Below are positions 1-31,499 of a DNA stretch of 64,000 bases, one piece after another (the stretch's first letter is position 1; each line of letters opens with the position of its first letter). Source of the stretch: Bugula neritina (lineage: Eukaryota; Animalia; Bryozoa); assembly GCA_964035545.1 (NCBI GenBank), contig OZ037767.1, positions 8,194,581-8,258,580 of the forward strand. The letters are read 5' to 3'. The position numbers and the translations under genes are program-made. Under the pieces are notes generated by a model, which was not told where the DNA came from, ran no database searches, and saw only the letters and a list, made by a program, of their open reading frames with translations.

Positions 1-3000
1 TGGTCCACAAGGAGCACATTCTACACGAGGCGACAACTCCAATTATGGCAATAGAACTATAGAAAACTCAGCCATTGGCTATTAATAGTAACACCGTCTG
101 ATGACCTACATACTTAATTTCTGCTTATAACTTATATAGCAAGTTCACTAAACTGTAAGCTAGACACATTTTATACAAATGTTACATTCTCAATATTGTG
201 AGACTGTGGACTTTGCATTTGCATTATATATGGTTTAGATACAAATATCATTTGGGAGCTTCGAATACAGTAGCTATCATAAATATGAATGAGCATGCCC
301 GGGCTACCTTTGCTTTGATGAATGGAGAAAGGATTATTCCAAATGATTATTAGGAACTACTAGCTATTATTACTAAAGTAACCAGTTGATGCCCAACAGT
401 TCAGCTGGCCAGTTACAGATTCAGAAGAGATTATAATGATCTGGTTTGTTGAATTCAGCAAGTAGACTAATGGATATTATAGATAGAATAGGTTTGTAAA
501 ATAAATTGTAGTGCACATAGAAGGAAGTACAAATATTTCACACTTAGACTAGATGTAATAAACATATTGTCATATTCTAGTTGGTAAACATTAAATAACT
601 TGTATGTGTACTGCAAAGAAAACTCAAATATTAGAAATATAAATTTCATAGAAATAGTATGTTTATGCATTTGCAACAACATTATTAAAAGCATTACAAT
701 TGATAAATTTAAATAAGTTTACTTCTTACTATGAAATGCCATGTTCACCATATGGTGATAAACAGTTGGACATCATAAGAGTAAATGTACCAGACACAAA
801 GGGAGTAAAACTGGTAAATGTCTCACCTTCATAGTGACAGCTGAGATCAGCTCCAAATCTGATGAGAAAGTCCACCACATCAGCCGTGCAGTACTCCATG
901 GCAGGTATTATGAGAGGTCTCGGCACGTACTCCCCACTGAGGTCTGGCTTGAACCCAGCCAAGTAGTGGCAGTCTATTGGGTTCACATTACACAGCCCTA
1001 GAACAGCATAAAGGTATTACCTGCGACACCTAATCACAATGTGTAGTGTTGATAGATTGGTAAGGATTGTAGAGTTTTCATAAACAGCGGTGATAATAAA
1101 TGTTATTGCAATAAAAACAGTGAAACTGTCTTAAAACTTTATGTGAGGTCTCAAAACTTAATTTCAAATCACATTGAGTTATTAGTCCCAATAACAACAA
1201 CTTAAGGTAACACTGACCAGTTATAAAAGCTGTTGTATTGGGCAATAATAAGACAAGTTTAATAGATCTATATATCACACAGATCAGTGTTTGTACAGAC
1301 ATATAACATAAGTATAGTTACTTTTCCCTAAAGCAATCAGCATTTTCATCTTGTACAGATCACAGGCAAAGGTGGCCGTAACGAAATCATTAGTGTGTTC
1401 ATACTCTTCCAGTTTCTTAAACACCTGCAGCATAGCATGAGTACCAGAGTTTGCATTGAAGCCTTTAGCATATTTAACAACAAATAATATAAAATTAAAG
1501 AATCTAACAACAACTAATACAAAATTAGAGAATCCTAAAACATGCAAATTAAGAAAAGATAATTTATTTATAAAGTCGCCCACAAAGCACTGATTGGCCT
1601 ACCTCTGTAAAGCCCTTTGACTTGGCCATCTCTTTGAGAAATCTGCCATTCTTTTTGCATTTGACGCGAGACCAGGATTGGAGTGCTCGAGTGACCTTGG
1701 GGAGATTGTCATCTTCCACTACAAACCATGACATATATACTAAACTATCACAGCTAGTGGTTGGCCAAAACAACAGTTCAAATTTAGAAGTTCCGCTTCT
1801 TTGTGCAAATACAGAAAAAAATGTGTATTCTGAGAAATTTGTAATGTGGTCGAAGAGTAGCAGCTGCGTGAGGAGGATAGCAGTGCTAGGACAAAAATAT
1901 TCAGATATTGAAAATGAAATTAGCAGCTAGAGGATGAGATAGAAGTAAACATACAGGGTGTGGGTGCACGGTGGCAAGCAGCAATGGCAAAACCCGTGTT
2001 GCATTTGTATATATAGTAGTAATAATACATGATAACATATGTAGGTCAACTTCAGTAAATAACAAAATGTATAAATGTGAAAACAATGACCAATTAAAGC
2101 TGAACAATATATTAACAGTGAAAACACTTACCTTTGATTTACAAAAACACAACTTTTTGCCTACACAATAAAACATAGTATCGCATTGAGCTGAATTAGT
2201 AACTGCAGGTTTAGAAAATAAAATCAATTTGTATTTGCCCAACAAATATTAAATTTCAATACCAGATGCTCATATTATAAGTAACAGAAATAACAGTCAA
2301 GTTTGACTCAATAAATTTCCAGGTTGGAAAATTAAAACTACTACAGTCAATGTTTTTTAAAAGCTTATCTGGTTTTATCCATTCCAGATCTGCTAGTCAG
2401 AAAATAATAATCTACACAGCAAGTCCAAATAATTCTAACACGAATCTTGCCTTTTACACGACATTATCATATTCATAGAATATTATATCTTTACAATATT
2501 TTGATATCCATATGATATTACGATATTAATATGATATCAATACGATACTAAACTAACCTGCCACCCATATGCCTGGTATGTCCTTCCTCTTGCACATGTT
2601 ACCTATAGAAAGTCTGCCTTTATGTAGATAAGATTCCACACATACGCAAGTACCGTCTGGGGAGGCCAGAGCAGGGTCCACACCTAACAATGTTTGAGAA
2701 CACAGGTTACAATTTATAAACCACGTCATGAAAATCATTTATTGAGTGCACTAAGACCCATGACTAGCTAACCAGGGTTGCTCTATAAAACTTTCAACTA
2801 TGATGTGTGGTAAGACAAGTACGGATTTATTCCCCACGACTAAAACGTGATCGGTTCAGTTCTGAAATCATTAGGAGCTGGATCTATTTTTAGTGACAAG
2901 GTATATAAAACAATAATACCATTTGAAACATAATGAAACACATAATTAAAGATGGAAATTCAAATATTAGTAATTATGGTATACATAAACAGTGAAGTCA

Positions 3001-6000
3001 ATATTAAAGAAAAAAACAAATTGTTGAGACATGACATCAGAAATAGTAACTAATTTTACTGAAACTTTTGCATAAACATATTAGTTATATGACTAACCGA
3101 TAGTGATGAAATGCCTTGCCAATGTTTGATCTTCCAATTTGAAGCTTTTGAGCAAGCAAGTTATACCGGCGTTGTCTTTAGCATTGATGTTGATACCAAG
3201 AAGGGCCAGTTTATAGACGCACCTCACCATGATCCTCTTGCATACTAGGTCCTCAGTCTGAAAGTACTGGTCAGCTATGAGGTGGAGATAAGTCCAACCT
3301 ACAGTAATATGATGGTATATAAACATATGGTAATTAAGTCAAGTTAAAAACAATACATTAAAATACAATTTTGGATGGTAACTTAGAAAGTAGTCTTGGT
3401 TCCATAAAAAGAAGTGCCTGTCTAGCATGAGACAGGTGCTAGGAAAACTTCTATAAACTAAGAAGAACTAACAAAAGTCATTAGTGAAGAATATATTGAT
3501 TCAACATTACTCCTGCAATAGTTATACAGTTTATACAGTACAAAACCCTCATGTCATGTATCCACTGAGACTTCATCACATATAAACAGGTTAAACAGTA
3601 ACCTACTCTTTAAGTTCATCTGGTAGCCAATCAAAATAGAGAAGTTACCTATGAGATTACGCAAGAAGCTTGCAACAGCGGAAAAGGGCAAAGTTGGTTT
3701 ATCAGTTGATATGGCAGTGTAACTTTCAATCAGTAATATAAACAATAAATTACATGTGTTTTGTAACTGAAAAAGATAGCATCTTTTAAAGCAAGAATCT
3801 GTGTGCTTTGCCAAGTAAAAAAACAGTTTTTATTACAGCAGCATTTTCAGAATTACTACTGATACTTGGTTGAAGTGGTACAATATAATTTTTGTTGGAA
3901 ATCATTATTTTGCTTTGTAAACTATCCTGAAAATTATGACTGCAAGTCAAATTGACATGGGGTGCTGGATTACCTTAAAAACACTATGGTATGCATGCTA
4001 TTTGCTATGTTGACCAATGAGATTGTAAGCCAAATAGCTCTACATCACTCATATTACTTGTTTTCAATTGTTAATGCAAAATTTCACTTGTGACAAGAGC
4101 AGATAAATCTGATAACCAATGCCATTAGATCAGTGTGTGTTATTATATGGTCTTTTTTAAAGACAGATATATAATGATATTCTTCCTATGACAGGACTTT
4201 GAGACATCATGGGAACACAACTCACCATCGGTGTCAGCTTGAGTGCTCTTTAGCCTCAGATTTACTTTCTCGTCTTGAAGAAGTTTGAGTGCGCTAGTTA
4301 AACTTTGTCTAGTGCACTCTCGGATGTGGAGATAAAATTCACTCTTCTCAAAACCTTCTTCATATTCTTTTAATTTGACTGAAACAAAGAGGACACAGGC
4401 TTACTTTTTATACTAGCAATAATGATGACAATTAATGCTTTAAAATATACTAAAACTAGTGGCTGAGCCCACCATAGTAGGTTCAAAGATAGTTTTCACT
4501 ATTTCACCAGAAAAACGCAAAACACAACAGAAATATTACTATGGAATGTTAATACCATTTTTCTAAAAGCATAAAAAATCCATTAAAGTTGCAGCTATAT
4601 AAATTTGTGTTATAGTAAGAAAATTCATAACATGTCTAATAAAACAATTGTATAGGCAGTTTTTAAGGCTATTCAAATAACAGGAGCAGCTGGTCTACTC
4701 TTACGTTGGTAGTCTGAGTCATTGTCAGCACCGAGCTCTCTCAGCGCCTTGACTGTAGCCTCAGCAACTTCACCAAGTTCTTCTATAGCTACTAGAAGAG
4801 GTTTGGGGACGACGTAAGACTCATCCACAGTATTCACATGTACCGTGTCTAAAAACCATTGAGTAACACACTAAAGTGATACTGGCCATAAGAAGTGCAG
4901 AGAACTACAAAGAACCACTGGGAGGTACGATGTTGAGAGGCTGCATAACAGTATTTACATATAACAGTACTAGAAATGCTAAATAAGAAAAAAAACAGAC
5001 TGCACATAAAATTTACTGATACAAAGCCTTTCCCTAAGCCTAAATACATAATATATGTCTTATATCATTACTATTATTACCATTACACTACACCAAAATC
5101 AATATATAGTGAGAACTCTTTTTACAGTACTAAAGAAAATAAATGGGCAACAGATTGCTACAGACTACAGCCAAAAGTGAAGTAGTTGAAGCCCATGCTG
5201 CTTATTTCCCTGAAGGCAATCAACTCGGAAAGGTAATCACCCACAGTATAGTATTCTATGCGGATTAGATACAGGTCAATGACCTACATTTCTCTTACAA
5301 AGTTGCACTATATATACTATATCAGAAAGGTTATAGAGTGTTAACTACATGTTATATAATATTGTATATAATTAGTACTTCATGCTACTAGCTTATGTCA
5401 AATGTTGTAAAACAACTGATAGCAAAACAGCAGAGAAAACCAATCACTGCTGCGGTTGAAAGAGAAATCAGACATATGAACTATGATATACAAGCGTACA
5501 CCTTATTAAATTGCTTACAACTTTATTATTGAAAGGAAATCACATGGAAAGAATAACCCAATTAAAGCAGCAGTCAACAAACTCATTTATAAGCTGGGGA
5601 ATCAAACTGCTATATTAATAAATAGAAAGAAAAGCAAATTCAACAACAGTCATACATTTCCAAGGCGAATCAACATCGCTAAGTGCAAGATATCCAGTAA
5701 TCAGAGAGAATATCACTGAATGCTATATATTTTCTATTGCATACTCACTCTCTTCGTCTACCCTCTCCACTAAAATATATCAGTTCTAGCATACTATGGT
5801 ACAGCTATGCACAAATATCAATATTATGTCCCATTATACTTTAATTGGGCAGCAAAAATGACTCTTAAAGTACAGTCAGCAAGAATAATCCAAAGAAAGT
5901 TTTAGTTATGCACTAGTGAGTTTCAATTGAACACGATTTTAGCTGATGCGATTACACACTTTAAAATATAAAAAGAAGGAAGTAGACAATGTACTAGCTC

Positions 6001-8600
6001 TGCATTTTGAAGTACAATAAAATCCAAACCTCAAAATTTGATCTAAAACATTTTATGTTATGGCAAAAAATGCTAAAACTAACTTCACTGTAAGATTTTT
6101 GTGACTTTGCATAAAAAACTGGTCCTGACTTCATCGGAATGATAACCGCTGAGCACAGGTAAAAATTTACAAGATTTGGTTCAAAAAGTAAATTTGAAAT
6201 ACCTTTTACAGTTAAGTAGATTAAAAAACCTTGAGAAAGAAATAATGCTAAAAACTATGTAAAATAATAATTACTTGAACTTCAACCAAACTTACGATCT
6301 TTTGCTATCTTGATCACAGCTTCATGGTCACACGCCAGTGCGGAGCAAACAAGTTCATTAATCTGAAATATAAAAATTACTCCATTAATAAGAAGAAAGT
6401 ACATGATCAACTGAATACCAGCTACTGACTACTCACTACCATCTACTGAATAAATTGCATACTGGTAGAGAAGAACATAGTATGTACCAACAACTAATGA
6501 GTCACTTTACCTTACAGTACTAACAGAAAATTTGTTGCAGATCAAACCATATTAATTCCAATTAACTATACTGGCAAGTAACGAAAATACAAGTTTTAAT
6601 TGTTTGAAACAACTGGAAACAATTTCATTAGCTAATCTTTCCAAAATACTTATTAGCACAAAACTAATGTTGATCAATACAAACCCATTCATATTTCTGA
6701 AGAAGATGTTTAACCCTGGTGTTCCCCGTTCCATCACACAACTCTCTCATAGACTTGTTGTTTCTCCTGACATTGCCCCTCACCCACGCCTTGAGGTACT
6801 GCTCCACCACTGCGTAGTCCTCTCTCTCCACTATCACGGACAGCAAAGAGAGAAATTATAAACATTACCATAAACACTGTGCTATTCACAACATGTCTAT
6901 AATCAAAGAAAGTTAAAAGTACAATTAATTTCATAATTAAAATCAACATTGTAAATTGCAAGCAAACATTTCAGTAAAAAATATAGCTTTATTGACAATG
7001 TAAGATGATGTGTCCATTACTTATATATTGAAATGCCAACAAGTAAACTTACCAGCATACCAGATTCCTGTACCAGCGTCCAACTGGTCTTTTACTTGAT
7101 AGCAGAGCCTCCCTTCGAAATTGTGAATTACTGTGCAGTTATGATTGTTGGGCATACTTGGATCCACCCCTACAACCAAGTTAAATAAAATTCAACAATT
7201 AATTGCTAAATTTATAAAAGATATTAAAAATATTATGCTATGAACAACTACAAAACTTATATTGAACTGTATTAAAAACATTTACTGATAATTATATAAT
7301 AATATAATATAGTACAACATAATATATGGAAAAAAAATCATTACACAAAGAGCTCAAGACAAAAATATAGGATGAGGATATTTTATCAAGAATAGAACAG
7401 TGAAAATGAATTGCTATGACAAAGTATGATGTCACTATCTGTGGCTGTAAACTAGATGCCTCAGGTGTTTCTGTAGTTACAGCAACTCACTTCCCTTCCA
7501 TTTTACTGATACAAATCTAGTAATGCAATAAGATATAAAACATACTGTATTACAACATGACATATATACAATATAATATAGTTATATTTTATATAAATAT
7601 AGCATAGTGTAAAAATATTACAGTATTACACAACTTGCTATAATGTATATTATACTAAAATCTTCTTGCCAATTCTAATGAGATGTTCCCACAGGTGCTC
7701 ACAATGTGGCCGAACACATGCCAAATGCAGACAGGTATTTCCAGCCGAGTTCCTCATATTCACGTCAATACCACGGATAACCAGTCTGTATATAGTGGGA
7801 ACAACAGCTGTCACACTCTTTGTATTTACAAACAGATCAGAGAAGCTCTACAAGAATTATATCAACAATCTCATAAATTGCCTATTCCATATAGTACTGA
7901 GTTGGCGTATATTGAGGGGAGGGGGAGCAGTTGAAACTGCTTTTAGACCTTTTTTGATTTTCAATCAAAAATTATTTTGGTGGAGATATTTCAATCATAA
8001 ATGATTATTATCATTATTTTCTCATTACTTTCTTTATTGAATGACTCAGCCAAAGAGCATTGGTGACTCAGTGAATCTAGTAAAAGCTTTAAGTTGTGTA
8101 ATCCTATTAAAATAATTTCTCATTATAGCTTCTCCAAAGGGTATCAAGTAACAACTAAACAAGTCATGTATAACCATTAGCATGTGATCCTCCACATTAA
8201 TGTGATCTCAGTGGAGCTAAAAAGTGTACTCAGCTAAGTTGAATCATCTGAAACATGGCACTGTTTATATAGTATAACTGATTGTTACTGTACAACATAA
8301 CTGATTGTTTCTTTATAGTACAACTGATTGCTACTATATAGTATAACAGATGGTTACTGCATGGTACAAATGAATAATCAGAAGATGTTTTCACAACACC
8401 TGAACCAGGATATGGAGATAGGTGTTGCCAGTTTTCTTTGACTTTAAGTTGATATCCTGACGAGACAAGCTGTCTATCACAGATAAAGACTTCTTCATAG
8501 AGTCTTCAGTTGCCTCAACAAGAAGTTTGTATAACTCTGTGTCCTCCATTGTGACCTGGGAGGGTCCCAACGCTTTCTTACGATCCTCATCAGCAGTCAT
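1..8600 (-). CDS. Ankyrin-repeat protein made of two tandem homologous modules (spliced; 3' end off the left edge of the window)
   Basis: Phase-consistent exons: 8400-8600, 7670-7847, 7053-7169, 6685-6830, 6296-6362, 4705-4848, 4226-4378, 3098-3298, 2558-2683, 1603-1718, 1322-1424, 827-997, probably 1-20. Ankyrin-like motifs: GNTYLHILV, GIDVNMRNSAGNTCLHLAC, GWTYLHLIA, GININAKDNAGITCLL, VVDFLIRFGADL. Probable 5'UTR exons at ~8729-8767 and above ~9559. Confidence 0.85.
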
Positions 8601-9174
8601 GCTAAGTGGTGTGGTAGCTGCTATTTAACATAACATTTGATGCTCTCCAGTCTCAAACCTTCAAGTAGTTAGATTGCAGAATTATTTGAAAATTTTAACC
8701 AAAATTTATAAAAAAAATTTTTAAATACCTAAATAACTCAACTCAATCTAGTATGAAGCAGAGCTGCCTATAAAATAAATGGCAAATCTAGAAGTAGTAG
8801 AAGTTATTCGATGTGCAAAATGCTGTTAAACGTTTTACATATAGAATAACATTACAGAATTAGAATGGAATAATATTTAATAATGCAGAAGCAAATAGTA
8901 ATACTACATGACTGATAACTTTAAAGTAACCCTCTTGAACACGTAAAAATAACCAAAGCAATCACAAAAGAGGTCCATAAAAACAATATCAATATGAATA
9001 AGTGGTAGTGCAACACTCAGCAATTAGGGACATGGTATTAATAATCAACATACTCATTATTATGACTAATCATTAATAAATGATGACTAGCAGTAGCTTT
9101 AGCGTTGCTTTGCCTATGGCTATTGTAATACTAATGGTAAGCCCTGGGTTATTATCAGTGTAAGCGTATGACTA

Positions 9175-9353
9175 TGAGCCTCAGTGATACTCATAGTCAT
9201 ACTCATAGTCATACTATCACTATTACTTTTAGTATGAGTAAGAGTATGACTATGATTATGAGTATCAGTATCAGCACGAATAATGACTATGACATTGACT
9301 ATGACTTATGACTATCACTATCACTATGACTATGAGTATGAGTATGAGGCTCA
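9175..9353. repeat. Foldback of ACTCAT/AGTCAT versus ATGAGT/ATGACT hexamer repeats
   Basis: Begins TGAGCCTCA (9175) and ends TGAGGCTCA (9345-9353). Internal hexamer runs switch polarity. Confidence 0.7.
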
Positions 9354-9559
9354 CTTCAACTCCAAGTTCAAGCTAACCTTTGCACATTTTTACTTGTTAC
9401 AAACAAAACTACTTACAAAAATAAAATATAAACATTAAAACAAACCCAACTAAACATAAGGATTAAAGCAACACTTTCAAAACAAAAGCTAACACAATTA
9501 AAGCGTGAACTAACCTTGCACCAAAGGCAAAGTCAAATGCATTCAGTTTCACTCTCACC

Positions 9560-9929
9560 TTAACCTTTAGCACCGTTGCATGTGTTGCTAGAGAAACACT
9601 TTTTCAGACTATTCTACCTGCGAACACGGATTTACCTTAGTATATTAGGCGATGGTAAAATCGGACTAAGAGAATCTAAAGAAAAGTTTGTAAATTTTGT
9701 TAAAAAAAATGAATAAATAACAAAAAAAATATTTTCTTGAGCAAAATTAATTTTTTTTTGTAAATTGTGAAAAATGCAACATTTAGGAAAGTATTTTACG
9801 GTTTTTTGTAATATTTTCTTTAAGATTATCTAACTAATAAAAATGGCAGCCCCCTTGCAACCTTTGACTGTAAATTTTGAATAACATATTGCCGACGCAA
9901 GTTTATAAAAATGTAGTAATATAAGCACT
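9560..9929. promoter_or_regulatory. Probable bidirectional promoter region between the ankyrin gene (-) and GCN2 (+)
   Basis: Head-to-head geometry: minus-strand donor-like site at 9557-9558 and GCN2 ATG at 9930. Locally more CpGs, poly(A)/poly(T) tracts, and a YY1-like AAAATGGCAGC at ~9840. TSSs are inferred, not seen. Confidence 0.55.
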
Positions 9930-29727
<19,798 letters not shown>

Positions 29728-30224
29728 GAAATACTACTTCAATGTACAAGCATTATTTTAAGCATAATATATTATCACATGTTTAACGCAAAATTCTCGG
29801 AAGTTATTCCAATTTACTGAAATTCCTTGTCTTTTTTCAGGATGACTTTTAGTTCTTAACTGATACTGTTTGTAAAGTTTAAATGGTTTTCCTATTCAGC
29901 AATCGGTTCTGGTCATGAATCAATCCTATCAATTATTTATTTAAAACTGTTTTCTACTCTTACTTCCTAGTACAGTTTCACATGTTGAGGCATTACTGAT
30001 TGCATTGTATTTTATATTCTGTTGTCTAATATTGATTTTCTCGACATGCATACCCTTTGTGGACTAGGCTTAATTCATGTACTATTTTCAGCAGGAATAG
30101 AAGTAAGCAATGGACACCTACCAAATTATACTCATAAATAGCCAAGACATTATTAAAATACTGTTATAGAACTCAAATTACATATTATATTTAATTGTAT
30201 TTTATAAAATATGTTTCATTTTTA

Positions 30225-30230
30225 AATAAA
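30225..30230 (+). terminator. Candidate GCN2 poly(A) signal
   Basis: AATAAA ~500 bp after the stop codon. The hexamer is common in AT-rich DNA. Confidence 0.4.
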
Positions 30231-31319
30231 AAAATTAACTAAATTAGTAAGTTTCCATTTGATAAATGTTGGTATCGCTGATTTGTAGTAGCTATATAAT
30301 AAATGTGATTTCATTGATAGCTCAATTGCATAGAATTTTATGTGCATGCTTTATGGTTCAGTAAAAGTTGGAAAAAAATTTAATAATTTGCATGCATAGC
30401 TTCATTATGATATATAAATTACTCAAAAATCTATATGGTTACTAAATTTAGTTTTGAGACTAACTGATTTATTGAAACATTTGCTAATCAGTTGGTATGA
30501 ATAATTGAAAGCTCAAAATGTAGGATAAAATGAATTGTTAGAAGAGCTCGAGTTTAATTTTCAGAGTTGTCTACTGTTGAGTATGTATAACTCTAAACCA
30601 TCTAAAGTTCCAAACCTGGTTAATTCGATATTTCCTGAAGGTTGACTATTCATTTGTATGGCAATAATGTATATATTTTTATTATAACAATGTGTAAAAC
30701 ATTAAAACTTTTACTTTTTTCAATTGCAAAATTAGTGTGTTGAATGTAGGATCATCAAGAATGTAGGAACAAAGTTGCAACTTTACGTTGTCCGGTAAGT
30801 AAAAAGCGAGAATAGAAAGGCTTTGGCTATCTGCTACCGTATTTGCGAGTAATTTGATTGGTCCCATAACACCTCGCATCAGTCGCAATATTGTTATATA
30901 ATTTTTAAGCTAACAGAACATTGTCTCACACAAAGATTTTCTTGTTTTTCTGTTGGTTCTCAATGTCTTTTAATTTTAATTTATTGACACACGCATATGT
31001 AAACTTAAAATTATAACTCACCTATTTTATATCTGTTCCTTCTGCTTTTTATTCTGTGGTTTTTAAAAGTATTTTTTCTGTCAACATTAATTACGTTCAC
31101 CATTCTTTCTCAATTTACATGACTTTTCATTACTTAGTGATTTCTACTTTGCATAATAAAATATACTATAGATGAACACAATAGATGCTTTATGTTTATA
31201 CTAACGAAATTATTTCATTACTATATTTTTAATAATAATCGAGTGTAGTGATGGGCAAAAAACTACCAACTGGTATATCCTAAATATTTGGAAAATTTGG
31301 CATAATTATCGCTTGCAAA

Positions 31320-31499
31320 TTCATTGAGCCAATCACTACGAGCATCAATTTATTCGCCGATAGAAGAATCTAATCGAGATAGTCCAGCTTTCCTGCGAGT
31401 ATCGGCATCAGTATGTGCTAATTTTGCTGAAGCAAAACTAAACGGAACATTTATCTTTTTACAAACATTCAAAGATTATTGTTGTTTCTATCAATTAAA
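31320..31499 (+). promoter_or_regulatory. TOMM20 proximal promoter / 5'UTR
   Basis: AGCCAATCA (CCAAT box) at ~31328-31336 in a CpG-enriched patch ~170 bp upstream of the ATG. Confidence 0.45.
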
